Below, one piece after another: positions 29,690 to 42,410 of a stretch of 64,000 nucleotides of DNA. Numbering within the stretch: the stretch's first letter is position 1; each line of letters opens with the position of its first letter. Both the position numbers and the translations under genes were made by a program. Under the pieces are notes generated by a model. That model was not told the DNA's origin, made no database searches, and was given only the letters and a program-made list of their open reading frames with translations. This stretch comes from Eledone cirrhosa (taxonomy: Eukaryota): assembly GCA_964016885.1 (NCBI GenBank), contig OZ024755.1, positions 10,044,001 through 10,108,000 on the forward strand, given 5' to 3'.

Positions 29690-30370
29690 GTAAGTTTTCA
29701 TTCACCCCAGCAGCATTGTGGGAGAGTCTGTTCAGCTTTCCATACATAGGTTGGTCAAGAGATGTGAATAGTTGGAGAGGTAGGTCTAAGGTGCAGTACT
29801 TAGCTGGTGAGGGGAATGCACATGAGAAGGCAGGTTTTCTGCAGTACTGAATAATACCAGAGATGATTCTGTGTCATGGTCTTCGAGAGGTGTAATTGTG
29901 CAAGGTCTGCTTTTATCACCTCATCTCACGCCTTCCTACTCCATAGCTTCCATCAACTTTGATCACCCTGCACCTTTTTACACAGCTCTCATCCTTCATA
30001 TGCATCACATGGCCATACCAACACAGTTCCCTCTCTTGTACCCTTATGTTTTTCTCTGTTTGTTTATGCTTTGCCGTTTACATATATTACTATTACAGAC
30101 CTATTGGAGCATGCAGGTTTCATTTCTTTGCAGGGACTCTGCAGACAGTGCCCTAGTTTCACTAACATGCAGAATTACTATTTCTTTACATGCATCATAA
30201 AATATGACCTTTATTTTGAGGGAAAACCTTTTGTAGTTAGTAGCTCCCTGAACTTTCTCCATCCTGTTCTCACCCTGGCTATTGTACTTTTGGAACACCC
30301 TCCTCCACTGCTGATTTAGTCATCCAGGTAATGGAAACTGTTGACTATTTCTACAGAGCCCTCTGTCCCC
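29690..30370 (-). mobile_element. Decayed 3' part of an RTE-clade LINE
   Basis: Minus-strand remnants FSLKIKVIFYDACKEIVILHVSETRALSAESLQRNE and an SSGGGCSKS-like segment; inverted close copy at 38235-38590. Confidence 0.8.
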
Positions 30371-30759
30371 CACACTTCCGGCACTCCCTTTTGTGCAGCT
30401 ACACATCCCACCCCAATCTCAAGGATCAATCATCCCATTATGTTACTCTATTTCAAAGTCTGTCATCCACCAAGGTGGGGACTTCATTTTCCTCTTCTTT
30501 GAAGTCCGTCAAATCAACGATTCTATGAACATCCAAGACGCGAAGCGGAATTTTATCCATTGCGATGCACAATACGCATTTGGAGCTTTACCCACATGTA
30601 ATAGTGTGCACGGATGTTGTAATTAATATCTATATATTGCCCTGTTCCACCTGAAACGACATATTGTACCAGAACACTGCTAAGGTTGCTCCTCCCTCCA
30701 CCACTTCTGGCAGTTTAACTCAAACCTTCCTAAGTGGCTTACATTGGTAGCAAACTATA

Positions 30760-30900
30760 TCTTGCTTCGGCTCTCTGCAGTCCCTTTCTATATGCGGACC
30801 CTGACACCAGATTGCGCCGAGCTGCAACTGCACAACATCTCCATGTGGTGCCAGAGAAGTGGTAGCCTTTCACTGCTAAACATAGCTGCTATATCTCCCT
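30760..30900 (+). mobile_element. Possible highly decayed LINE RT fragment
   Basis: FLYAD followed (frameshifted) by LQLHNISMWCQ, like the YADD..LQ.DL..I..W region. Confidence 0.35.
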
Positions 30901-32065
30901 CAAATAAAACTATATTCTGTTAAATACTGACGTATTTCAAAATGTAATTCTAGAAATACTAAACAAGTTAATGGTAGCTGGGATGGCTGACAACGAACTT
31001 CTATCTGGTTTTACTAAAATATTACACAATACTAATAAATGTACAAGAATATTACAGCACCTTATTTTGACTATTACCTGCGACAATGTCATGAATCTTT
31101 TGGCTAACCATTATAAATATTTAGAAGGAAACACCAATATTTTCTGTTCAATGTGTAGTTGGGGGTGTGTGTGTCTTCTCACGTTTTGTTTGGAAGTTTT
31201 ACCTTTCCTTCTTTCTTTAATTAATTTCCCTTTCTATATATATATACATTTATTTGTAAATCATATTGGTTAGATAAATTACTTATGGACGTTGTTTATA
31301 TAATATAGAAAATAAAGTTTAATTTTCTAATACTTACGTGAATGTTATACATTAAATTTCCCGGTTTTCATTACAACACGTTTCAAGTTAGCCACACATT
31401 CTCAGTCACATTTTCGCAGTGAAAAGTTTTATTTAGAATGATTGATATGGAATAAAGTTTATTAAACAAATGTCTATATAATTATGTAATTTTTTCAATA
31501 GAAAATAATAAAATAAAGTAACGAAAGTGAGGGAGCAGCCAATCCTAGACAGTGGTGGCCATAACACCAATAAAGCAGAATTTAAAGAGCAAATATCAAG
31601 TCCAGTCCATAATACGTCATTATCAAGACATCGTTTTGGCTGCCAACCTCTGTGTCTCTTCCCAGCTAACTTTCCTTCTAGATGTTAGTACTTCCTCGTT
31701 CCTGTTGAAGGCTGCCCAACCTAGAGCGATGCGATACTGCACAGCGACAATTCCATTGTTGTTTGTTGATAGTTTGTGACTGAAAGAATACAATTGCAAA
31801 TAAAGTGGCCGAAATGGGACTTTCGAATAACGTTACTTGATAAAGTGCATAGTTCGGTTCTTTATTTTATCGACCCCGTAATGAAGCATTAGAAAGCAAA
31901 GGAAGCTGTAAAGCAGCTAGAATCTTGTTGAATCTTTTCGTAGGCTCCATGTACTCAAAGATTTTGTTTATAGTTGATAGATCTTTTATAATATAAATTA
32001 TTTATTGGCTTGCCTCAAATATTTTCCGATGATGCCTGTGGTATGAGACTGATTGACACACTTCT

Positions 32066-32260
32066 ATACAGGGTGTATCAAAAAGAATATTCCGATTTCA
32101 TTAGGCTATATTTTAAAAACAAATAAACATATAATCACGCGGTAACTTGTACAATACATGTCTGAACATAGAGTTTTATTTACAATATTTTAATAAATGT
32201 TCAATATGCTCACCTCCGGACATACAGTATTCATCTACACGGTAGTCAAACTCGGCTCAT
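32066..32260. mobile_element. Tc1/mariner-type terminal fragment (TA-CAGGGTG start)
   Basis: tatacagggtgtatcaaaaagaatattccgattt; a related start lies at 22183. Confidence 0.5.
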
Positions 32261-32484
32261 GTGAGTATGTCTCATGATTTTATTTTTACAACTTGTATTT
32301 TTGTGTATTATATTTTATAAGGTTCGTAGCAATAATTAATTGATTTCATGTATGTACAATATAACATATTTGTTATATTGTAATGTTATTAATACGATTG
32401 TGAATAAAATTTTGTAAACACAAAAAAATATATTGAAATAAAGGAAGGTACAAAGCCATAACTTTCTCAATAATTCTTATTTTT

Positions 32485-32820
32485 ATAGGAAATTTTACAG
32501 ATACATTTTCTATAATGTAGAATACGATTATGTTCATAAATATTTTTTTAAAATACATTTTAATTTATTTTTAATATTTTTTCATTACTGTGTATAGTTT
32601 CGTTCATTAATTCTTTCGCTTAATGGGGGAAAAATAGATTGTGTTTGTAGCGAGATAAACATAAACTGAGAAATATTTTAATCATGCTTTTACAATAATA
32701 TAGCAGGTTTTATATTGGAGCCTTTGAATTACAGATGAAATCCATCCGACAGACTTCTACACAATCAATTTTAATAATCATATTCTACATTATAGATAAT
32801 GTATCTGTAAAATTTCCTAT
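32485..32820. mobile_element. MITE-like unit bounded by ~47-bp inverted repeats
   Basis: ataggaaattttacagatacattttctataatgtagaatacgattat (32485-32531) versus ataatcatattctacattatagataatgtatctgtaaaatttcctat (32774-32820). Confidence 0.6.
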
Positions 32821-33169
32821 CACATATGTGCAACTACCGGTTCGGCGAAAGAGTGTCCGGCATGAAGCCGGTCCGTGGTATAAAAAATGGTTTAGATGAT
32901 TTCTTCTCCTCCTCCTAATATTTTATTATGATTATGTTTTTTCACACCTGAACCATCTTAATCATGAATAGCACATGACTTGAGTCTCAAAATGGAGCTC
33001 CATGCAACCACCAAGAACTGACTCTTCTCTTCGGGGCGAGAACATACTTCAATGCCCCAAAACTAGAGACCCTCTACAAAGCTCAGGCGAGACCTATGTT
33101 CGAGTACTGATTCTACGTCTAGGACTGTGCAGCTGTTGTTCCCAGCTGCCGGACCCGATGGATTCCCAG

Positions 33170-33790
33170 CGCCCTAGTTGGGTGGGTGTGTGCCGTAATA
33201 GGCTTCAATAGTGGCGCCAATCCTAAAAATGCGCCCCTAAAAATTGGTGTGCGCCCTAGTTGGCCTAAATGGCGGCGCCGATCCTAAAAATGCGCCCTCA
33301 AAGTTTGCGTGCGCCCTAGTTGGCCTAAATGGCGGCGCCGATCCTAAAATGCGCCCTCAAAATTGGTGTGCGCCCTAGTTGGCCTAAATGGCGGCGCCGA
33401 TCCTAAAAATGCGCCCTCAAAGTTTGCGTGCGCCCTAGTTGGACTAAATGGCGGCGCCAATCCTAAAAATGCGCCCTCAAAATTGGTGTGCGCCCTAGTT
33501 GGCCTAAATGGCGGCGCCGATCCTAAAAATGCGCCCTCAAAATTGGTGTGCGCCCTAGTTGGCCTAAATGGCGGCGCCGATCCTAAAAATGCGCCCTCAA
33601 AATTGGTGTGCGCCCTAGTTGGCCTAAATGGCGGCACCGATCCTAAAAATGCGCCCTCAAAGTTTGCGTGCGCCCTAGTTGGACTAAATGGCGGCGCCGA
33701 TCCTAAAAATGCGCCCTCAAAGTCTGTGCGCGCCCTAGTTGGCTTTATTTAATAGCAGCGACAATCCTAAAATGCGCCCTAAAAGTGGGT
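33170..33790. repeat. GC-rich 60-bp minisatellite, about 10 copies
   Basis: Unit cgccctagttggcctaaatggcggcgccgatcctaaaaatgcgccctcaaaattggtgtg stays in register across the 60-nt lines. Confidence 0.97.
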
Positions 33791-33866
33791 TTGCACCCTA
33801 TTTGACCTTAAGGATACCGCCAATCTTGAATTTCAGAACGTCTTTGTTGGGAGCTTTTTCGGTGCA

Positions 33867-33974
33867 AATTCCATCATTCTTTACCGTTGTAAAGAATGAT
33901 GGAATTGGGTCGTCAAGTATGAAATTTGCAAAAATTTGTTATTTTTCTACAAATTTCATACTTGACGACCCAAT
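33867..33974. repeat. Two abutting perfect hairpins (18-bp and 25-bp arms)
   Basis: aattccatcattctttac-cgtt-gtaaagaatgatggaatt, then attgggtcgtcaagtatgaaatttg-21 nt-caaatttcatacttgacgacccaat. Confidence 0.93.
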
Positions 33975-35449
33975 ATATGTGTTCAAGGGTTTCTTTCGAA
34001 TGAAACAGAGTCATGCTTGTCTTTGTGTGTCGGTATATATAGATGTGTGGTAAACATATAGCTATTAACTCTGTATGTGTGTATATATAATAACTTTATA
34101 GGTGTTAACTCTGTGTATATATATATAGATGTTAACTATCAAAAAATAAAATTTTCCTTATTAGAATTGCGGCTTCGCATGGCGATGGACGCAGCGGTTC
34201 GGACTTCGTCGCTTACTTATGTATGGCGTGACCATTCTGTGTGTCAGAAGATCGAATCGTTGCGAGGCCATGCGGCCTAGTTGGCAGCCTGGACTATTTG
34301 CATGCTGGCTTGCGCCCTGAACCGCGCGAGGAATTCGTCATACTCCCTTTTCCTCTAAATTTAATTAGAGTTATCTCCCTTTATTTAGAATTACTTCCCC
34401 TGTATGAAACTCTTCTCTTTTTTTTTTTACTTTGCAAGAAATTAATTTGATACATATATAACGAGTCGAATGGTTGGTTGTGTTGTGGTGTTGATTCATT
34501 TTTTGCGTGTGCGTTGACTTGTAGATTGCTGAGTGTTGTCACTATTGTGTGAGTGTAGGCTAGAGAAACTTGATGTGCCTAATAGTGTGACCAGAGATTG
34601 CGTGTGTGCAAGGAAGTATCAGTGTTAATTAAGATGATGATGATTGCTTGATCACGTAGGAAATTAAATATAAACACGATATGAAACAACAGCCAAATTA
34701 TATTCAACAAATACAACTTTAACTGTAAGAATGACTGACTCAGTAGTATTGCAGATGTACGTGGTGCTGCACGTAACGTTCCTGATTTCCACTTCTATGG
34801 ACTTCACTGTCTTCGTGTCTAAAGTTGAAATGGTTTCTACTTTTTAAGCCCCCAAAACACGCACACTTCTTTCAATTCTAGAGAAGAAGAAACTTTATTT
34901 GTTTCGACGTCATCCTACCTCCTTGTACACAACTTAGTTAATTTGGAGGTAAGATAAAAAAAGTCAAAACCGTTACAGTGGTGACATAATTACCTTTACA
35001 CCGGTACGCTGAAAGCTATTTTTTATATTACGTTTACTTAAAGAGGTATGTAATGTATGATTTGTAGCTATACCATTATTAGGTTGTCTTTTCACAAGAA
35101 CATATTTTACACTGTTCCCACATACGTAGTCCTTATCTAGTATATTTCTACATTTCTCTCTTTATACATACACACATGCAGCACATGTGTATTTTAAAAA
35201 CCAAGTATGGAACATTTTATTTGTCGTACTTGTTAGGATATGACTTTTTAAATTTATAGAACCCTTCCTAAACATGTTATGTTAAGAATGTATATACCAG
35301 ACACTACCGCGTTCTAAAATAGTGGAGAACATTGTCAACGATGTAGTGTTATAGTAAGACAGGATTTTCACACCGCACTTAGGCGGTTTTTTTTTTATAG
35401 TTAACTCCTTTGTAGATAGTAAAGTTACCCTAATTTTATAGCCCCCTTT

Positions 35450-35530
35450 TCCCATGAGGTGGAGTGGCTGTTCCAGCCTGTTGCCCTCGCTTTCCTCAGG
35501 GGCAATGTCTTCTCCATCCTCTCTGTTTAG
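35450..35530 (+). mobile_element. Short 3'-end fragment of the CRE-like retrotransposon
   Basis: HEVEWLFQPVALAFLRGNVFSILSV* is homologous to 21650-21725. Confidence 0.6.
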
Positions 35531-35859
35531 GTAGTTTCTATTGTATATATATAGAGAGTTCAAGAAATGACAAGACAGTCATATTAGTATCATAGAAATA
35601 TATAGCCAACCATATATAAGTAAGTTTGTTTTGAAATTTAGTAGAAATAGAAGCTTGCGCCGTATTTTTGACTAAAGAAATTTTAGCCTGATAGTGGGGT
35701 TTAAAACTCTAAAAATGGAAACGTATGAGTATTGATACACATATATATATATATATATAACTTACGAAGGTCAATTAGTTGTGACACACCTCTTACGTGT
35801 TTGTGTGTAGAGAGATTATCAACACACAAGTGTTATCAAGAACGCATCAGGGGTTCCCC

Positions 35860-37397
35860 TCTCTTCAGCGAGGTGGAGAGAATACTTTGCTGAACTCTTA
35901 AATCTGATCACATCTGGGAGCAGTGACTAATCTCTCAAAGGCTGAGGGCGCAAGAGTAGTCAGAGAGCTCAAATGTGGCAAAGGCACCAGGGAAGATGAA
36001 ATCAGGGCTGAGATGTTAAAAGCCTTAAATAGAGAAGGTACACCCTGGCTGACTTGTGTGTGCCAGGTGGCTTGGATCTCTGGAAGGGCACCCAAGCAAT
36101 GGTAATTGGGAGTGATAATACCAATTTTCAAAAAAGGAGATGAGGGATTGTTCCAATTACAGAGGGATATTGCTAAGCCTGCCCGGTAAAGTCTATTCTA
36201 AGTGTCTGGCAAAGAGATGCAGGGAGACTGTTGAGTCCAACTAGCTGATAAACAGTGTGGTTTTCGCCCCGGATGCAGTATAGCCAACCAAATATTTACA
36301 CTGCAGCGGGTATTTGAGAAATCGGAGTATTGACAAGAAGTATATTCTTGTTTTGTCGACCTGGAGAAGGCATATGACCGTGTCCCTTTGGACCTGCTGT
36401 GGAAGGTTGTGTAGGAGTATGGAATTGATGTTCAGCTTCTTGCTGCCCTGTCGTCTCTATATGAATACCTGAGTATTTGTGTTTGGATAAATGGTGCTAA
36501 ATCGAAACCATTCAGTATGGGAGTCAGACTTTGCCAAGGGTGTCTACTGTTACATCTCTTGTTCATTATTTACATGAACAGAATTGACAGGCGCAGCCGG
36601 GTAGGAATTGGTATCACGACTGGCGGGTGTAAAATCATTTGACTGAAATTTGCAGACGACATGGTGTTACTCAACTCGACAGAAGATGATCTTTGACTTG
36701 CACTTGATGGGTTTGATGCCAAGTGCTGCATGGCTGGAATGAAAATCAGTGCTGTGAAAACTGAGACACTCGTCCTCTCAAAGCAGCCTGCGCAGTGCAC
36801 GCTACATGTGGAGTCCCACTGAAGCAGGCAGAGAAGTTCAAGAATCTCGGGGCCATGTTCATGAGTGATGGAAGGCAGGAGGCTGAATTAAGTGCAAGAA
36901 TTGCAAAAGCTGGTGCAGTAATGAATCGGAAGAAATGAGAGGTGCAAAAGCCAAACACACTCTTAAATTCGGTTTTTGTGCCAACCCTTACCTATGGTCA
37001 TGAATTTTGGGTAATGACTGAAAGAATACAAGTGGTTAAAGTGGGGGTCCTCCGAAGCGTCTTTGGAGTAACATTACTTGATAAAGTATGTAGCTTCGAG
37101 ATTGGAGAGTCACTCCAGGTAGAGCAGCTACTTCTCCAAATTGAGAGTACAGGTCCGATACTATGGGCATGTGGTTAGAATGTCTCAGGAAAGAATCGCT
37201 GGACAGATTTTACAGGCGTAACCAGCAGATAGGAAACCCAGGGGTAGATCCCGAGCAAGTTTGTTGGATAACATCCATGGTCACGCTTGTGGATCAGCCA
37301 GATCAATTAGAGATGGTTGCTTCTGATAGGACTCGCTGAATGTTTGAGGACTCTGCTCCCACAACCTTCTCAGGAATAAGTGAGAGAAAAGAAGAAG
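35860..37397 (+). mobile_element. Decayed 5'-truncated RTE-clade LINE (Rex3/Expander-like) with RT domain and 3' end
   Basis: EDEIRAEMLKAL, IIPIFKKGD, CSNYRGI, QCGFRPG, FVDLEKAYDRVP, LLFIIYM, FADDMVLL, PTLTYGHEFWVMT; many stops and frameshifts. Confidence 0.92.
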
Positions 37398-37964
37398 TGT
37401 AGAACTATATATATTCAACAATGAGCAATGTCACTGACAGCCAGAGCAAAGAGTAGCAGAAGTGACTTTGTTGTCAACAGCCATGAGTGTGCTGGGTAGC
37501 TCATAGGAGAGGCATGGATAGGGGTGTAGCGAGAAAACACATCTCTCAGATATGATCCCACCTAAGGCAGGGTGACAAATGAGGTGTGTGCTCTATTTAG
37601 TGTCTAACTGCATGGGTAGCTGCCTCACATAGCTCCTACTTCAAGCTGGACAGATTTTAGTGCTTTGCTCACGTCGTCCCTGACTGACCTGTAGGCTATC
37701 TTGCCCACTGTAACTGGGTGGATGCTTCTATCATTCTTCTTCCTTGTAGTCAGGTTGGCTGAGAAAAGAAGATCCTGGGATTGGCAGGGGAGGTCAGCAT
37801 GGTGAACACTGTTTGTCAGAGAGGTGTTAGACTGGAACTGACTTACTCTAACCTATGTATACTAGTATGGAACACTGAACAGACTCCAACAATGCTGCTG
37901 GGGTGACTGAAGACTCTCAGTCCACCCTGTAAGGTGAGTATGTCAGTTCATCTTGTTAGCTCTA

Positions 37965-38198
37965 CTTTTCAATATACAGATACGTTTGTGGTGAGGTGAC
38001 CTTTGCATCATAGGAGCACCGTATAACTGCTATGGTTAGAAAGGCATATCACCTATATTTTACATGCAAGAAGGGGGCTCCTCATATGCTGTGCCAATGC
38101 CGTGGTGGGAGCCAACAGACCATACCAACAATTTTTATTTCTGCACGATACTTCCAATAATAAAAAAGGGTTTTTCAAAGAAGAAAAAGGAGTCCATT
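37965..38198 (+). mobile_element. Decayed N-terminal fragment of a Chapaev3-like DNA transposase
   Basis: YVCGEVTFAS..ITAMVRKAYHLYF and AVPMPWWEPTDHTNNFYFC match the CYICG...AY..YF...VPMVWREP..H...CYFC signature; family assignment is from recall. Confidence 0.6.
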
Positions 38199-38204
38199 AA
38201 CGAA

Positions 38205-38622
38205 TTTAGAGAGAAACATAAGAGGAATCAGATGCAGTGTGCAAGAGAGGAGACTGTGTTAGTATGGCCAGGTGATGCATATAAAGGATGAGAGCTGTAT
38301 AAAAGGTGCAGGGTGATCAAAGTTGATGGAAGCTATAGAGTAGGAAGACCTGAGATGAGGTGATAAAAGCAGACCTTGCACAATTACACCTCTCAATGAC
38401 CAGGACACAGAATCATCATCTCTGGTATTATGCAGTACTGCAGAAGACCTGCCTTCCCATGTGCATTCCCCTCACCAGCTAAGTACTGCACCTTAGACCT
38501 ACCTCTCCAACCATTCACATCTCTTGACCAACCTATGTATGGAAAGCTGAACAGACTCTCCCACAATGCTGTTGGGGTGACTGAAAACTCTCAATCCACC
38601 CTGTAAGGTGGGTATGTCAGTT
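38205..38622 (+). mobile_element. 3' end of an RTE LINE, inverted relative to 29690-30040
   Basis: Reverse-complement alignment over ~350 bp; the distal part also matches 37848-37950. Confidence 0.8.
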
Positions 38623-38686
38623 TCTGACAAAAAGAGCACCTAACCCCAGTCCTACCTGTGAAGGGGTCATGTTGGAGATATGCGAG

Positions 38687-39270
38687 TCCCTGTTAAAAAT
38701 TGTCAAGGTTTAAACCCAAAATATTAAATGTTTATTTTCATTTTAATAAGATATTCAAAGATATTCCTTAAGTTTTATCTAAACAAAACAAATGACTACT
38801 GCCAATTAAGTTTTTTTTTTTAAGGCAAAGTAAAGACTAACATTAGGGACTTAAATAAAAACTGTATATTTTAGGGGCTGACCAAATGAATGAAGGTTTA
38901 AATTATTCCTTTTTTGCTTTTACATTTCCTGATGATATTTCTAACAACTTTAGATGCCAATAACTTCTTGTTGATTCTTGGCATATTTTCATTTACTTCT
39001 CATTTGTAACTTTAGAGTTTGGTAAAACAAAACAACTACATCATTGAGAGGTATTAAAAGTCTGATTACATAAAGTAAAGCGAAATGTTTAGTTTGTCTA
39101 GCAAATAATTTGCCTTTTTCTTCAGGATGATGTGATTCCCTGTTAAAAATTGTCAAGGTTTAAACCCCAAATATTCAATGTTTGTTTATATTTTAATAAG
39201 AGATACCAAAGATATTCATTAAATTTTATCTTAACAAATCAAACGACTACTGCCAATTAAGTTTTTTATT
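38687..39270. repeat. Direct ~130-bp duplication (38687-38820 and 39137-39268)
   Basis: Both run tccctgttaaaaattgtcaaggtttaaaccc...gactactgccaattaagttttt. Confidence 0.9.
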
Positions 39271-39537
39271 TTTATTTTTCACTTTAAGAAAACAGAATTA
39301 TTGATGATCATGAATTTATTTTAAAAAAATGTTTGGTAGATGGCTGAGTGACGGTCATTGAAATAGAAAATGAGATTCTTTGCAATCTGTGGGAGAAATT
39401 TGAGGCATTCTAGATATTTAAGCACACAAAATGTACATGACAAACTGGAACACACACTAATTTGAGTTATATACATTCACAGAACAAACTTAGGAGTTTT
39501 CTTAACAGTTATTTTTTTTCTTCTTGTAATCAATTTG

Positions 39538-39755
39538 TAATAATCATTAACCATTATTATGAAACACAGTTTCATAATAATGGTTAATGATTATTAATAT
39601 GCAGCATAGTTACGTACCTTTACGATCTGAGTTCAAATCCCGCCGAGGTTGACTTTGCCTTTCATCCTTACGGGGTCGATAAAATAAAGTACCAGTAATG
39701 CACTGGGTAATTGCTGGCCTTGTGCCTAAAGTAGAAACAATTATTATGAAAGACA
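39538..39755 (+). mobile_element. 5'-truncated Deu/Nin SINE (39600-39740) with a 16-bp TSD and a 28-bp inverted copy of the upstream flank
   Basis: TSD attattatgaaacaca (39553-39568) / attattatgaaagaca (39740-39755); hairpin arms 39538-39565 and 39569-39596. Confidence 0.88.
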
Positions 39756-40816
39756 AAGAACTAAAGAAATAATATTTAAAAAAGAGAGACATTTATGCCA
39801 ATGACAATATGGGAAAATAAAAACATCCCCCCTGCCATAAAAAGAAATACTTAAATGTTTATTCTACAAGCATTTTATCTTAGTATGGGGCCTGAACACG
39901 ATATTTTAAACAAACTAATTTAGCTATATAATGTTTCTACATACAGTTTTTACATCTATACCTAGTTAAACATTGGTAAACATTTAAATTTGCTTGAAAC
40001 TGATTTGTTTTTTTTTTGTTTGTGGCAAAGGAAAAATTATTTACCCTTCATTATGAAGAGCTTCTTATGCATGGATCCTGATATCAAGATACAAGAGAGA
40101 TTGAGGAGGGGATAAATTTAATTGTGCCATAAAAGCAGAATAAAAGAATATAAATACATTTAACTATGATTTTGTTGACATAAAGCATTTTCTTTTTTTT
40201 TTTTTCTGCAGATGAATACAGTTCAGAAAACATCATGACAAATAAATACTTTGATATGAAAGTTTATCAAACTATACTGAAATTGGTTCTTTGTATTTAG
40301 ATAGGCTAGGCTAAAAATTGATTTGAAAAGGTCTCACTTTTCTGAATAGTCAACGTAGTACTAGACTAGAACATAACCCAAGTACCAGCAAGCTGGAGAG
40401 ATGTGCAACTTTCAATAAAGTAAGTTTATGACAAAAGAAGATTTATTTCCCTCTTGGAGCTGAATATTCTTAATATTTAAAAGACAGCAAAATACTGATT
40501 AAAAATTAAATCCCTGATTTAAGTTAGAGTGATCAAGAAATCTATATATAAAAAAAAAAGTATTATGCTTTTAAATATATTATTTCATGTAAAGTAAAAT
40601 TGAAATAAATGTAAATGACATTTTGGTCCAGCCAGTGCCTAATTTGGAAAGACTTAATTTAAAACACTTCTCTTAACGAAACAGTTAGCAAACAGACATG
40701 TCTAAGAATTTCCTTCTTTTGGCACGCCTAATTATCACACCTGAAATGTTATTCAGTGAGCTGCATGACAATAATACATGCTACGAAAGCTTGCTTGGTA
40801 AAAAAATCATTCAAAT

Positions 40817-40861
<45 letters not shown>

Positions 40862-40923
40862 TAAAACTTGCAATGCTCAATAAGTTATTCTTTCTTTAGT
40901 CAGTTATTCAATATATAAAGGAA

Positions 40924-41128
40924 CTTAGATGTTATAATTGTTTCTACTTTTGGCGCGTGGCCAGCAATTACCCAGTACATTACTTTATCGACCCCGTAAG
41001 GATGAAAGGCAAAGTTAACCGTAGCGGGATTTTAATTCAGACTGCAGAGGGGCGTAACTCTATGCTGCAAAACACGGCGTCTGACTCTCTACCGATACTG
41101 CCAATCCACCACCCTTAGATGTTATAAT
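40924..41128 (-). mobile_element. Full-length Deu/Nin tRNA-SINE with a 15-bp TSD
   Basis: TSD cttagatgttataat at 40924-40938 and 41114-41128; A/B-box-like head on the minus strand. Confidence 0.9.
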
Positions 41129-42044
41129 ATTCTGTAGAAAGTATATTTTACACTATATGTTAGATGAAATTAATATGAATCGTCAAAGATGTAAAAGTTG
41201 AAAACTGGTTGTGCATTCAATTTATCAAGAGAAAACCTATTCCAATACAACAATGTCTACCACAAATAAGTCCTGCTATAATCTTAATTACTATAATTGA
41301 CATTGTGTAGCTTATAAAATATACTTTATGCATTTTTATTTTAAGATGTTGAAATTCTAATTATTATTGTGACATTGGGTTTTTAGACTATTATGTTCTT
41401 AGAAACCAATAGCCATGTTATTTGTAAGAATTCTTCAAGAGATATTTTAAAATTCTCTAAGTTCTGGTAGTAATAAGATCGACTGACTATCACAGACATC
41501 TATATAAGGAAACGGAAGCTCAGAAATTAATGAGAATTGAAGGGGAAAAAAAAACCTATTCCCACTGTATTCTGTTAGACAGAAGCTTTAAAACCTAGGC
41601 TCAATGAAGAAAGTTGTCAATTGTTGTCTTATGGTACAAGGTGAGGAGCAAGCCTGTAATTAAATCATAATTAGAATGATAATAATCTGTGCTGAGTTGT
41701 TAATTGGAAGAGATAGCCAAGGCACATATCTTGGTAATATTCATAAATATACCTGGGTAAGGGGTGTAGAGGAGAGAGAAGTTTTTATATAACACCGAAA
41801 GAAATTAAAAATCGATTTAAAGGAGGAGTAAGAAAATCAATTTGGTATCAATTGAACTGGTATTTTTTACAGGTTCACACAGAAATAATTTTGTGTTAAC
41901 TTATTTTTGTGACCACCATAAGATCAGCAGTTGTGTTATAATTCCATCTTGAACCTTCCATGTTTGATATTTAAGGAGCAAATGAGGGAAGAGAAATTAA
42001 AAATGAAAATAAATAATTGTTAGAATATTTATAAAATGTTATTA

Positions 42045-42410
42045 AAAGAAAAATAAATAATTGTTTCTACTTTTGGCATAAGGCCAGTAATTATCCCAGT
42101 GTATTACTGCTACTTTATTTTATCGACCCCGTAAAAATGAAAGGCAAAGTTAACATCGGTGGGATTTGAACTCACATCATAAAGAGCCGTAACTGATGTG
42201 AGTTCAAATCTTGCCGAGGTTAAAGAAAAATAAATAATTGTTTCTACTTTTGGCACAGGGCCAGTGTATTACTGGTACTTTATTTTATCGACCCCGTAAG
42301 GATGAAAGGCAAAGTTAACCTTGGCGGGATTTGAACTCAGAATGGCAAGGGCCGTAACTCTACGCGTCAAAGCATGGCGTCCGACCCTCTACCGATACTG
42401 CCAATCCATC
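42045..42410 (-). mobile_element. Two tandem Deu/Nin SINE copies with a small internal inversion
   Basis: Copies at 42058-42195 and 42237-42410 share the flank aaagaaaaataaataattg; inverted piece tgatgtgagttcaaatcttgccgaggttaa at 42194-42223. Confidence 0.85.

Noticed and set aside
32022-32056. Hammerhead-like ccgatga-tgcc-tgt-ggta-tgagac
   Set aside because: Both core boxes are mutated and stems I and III are absent; could be chance.
33170-33790. CRISPR-like array or 20-aa repeat protein
   Set aside because: Units are contiguous with no unique spacers, no cas genes and a eukaryotic context; the ORFs result from a period divisible by 3, and one unit has a 1-nt deletion.
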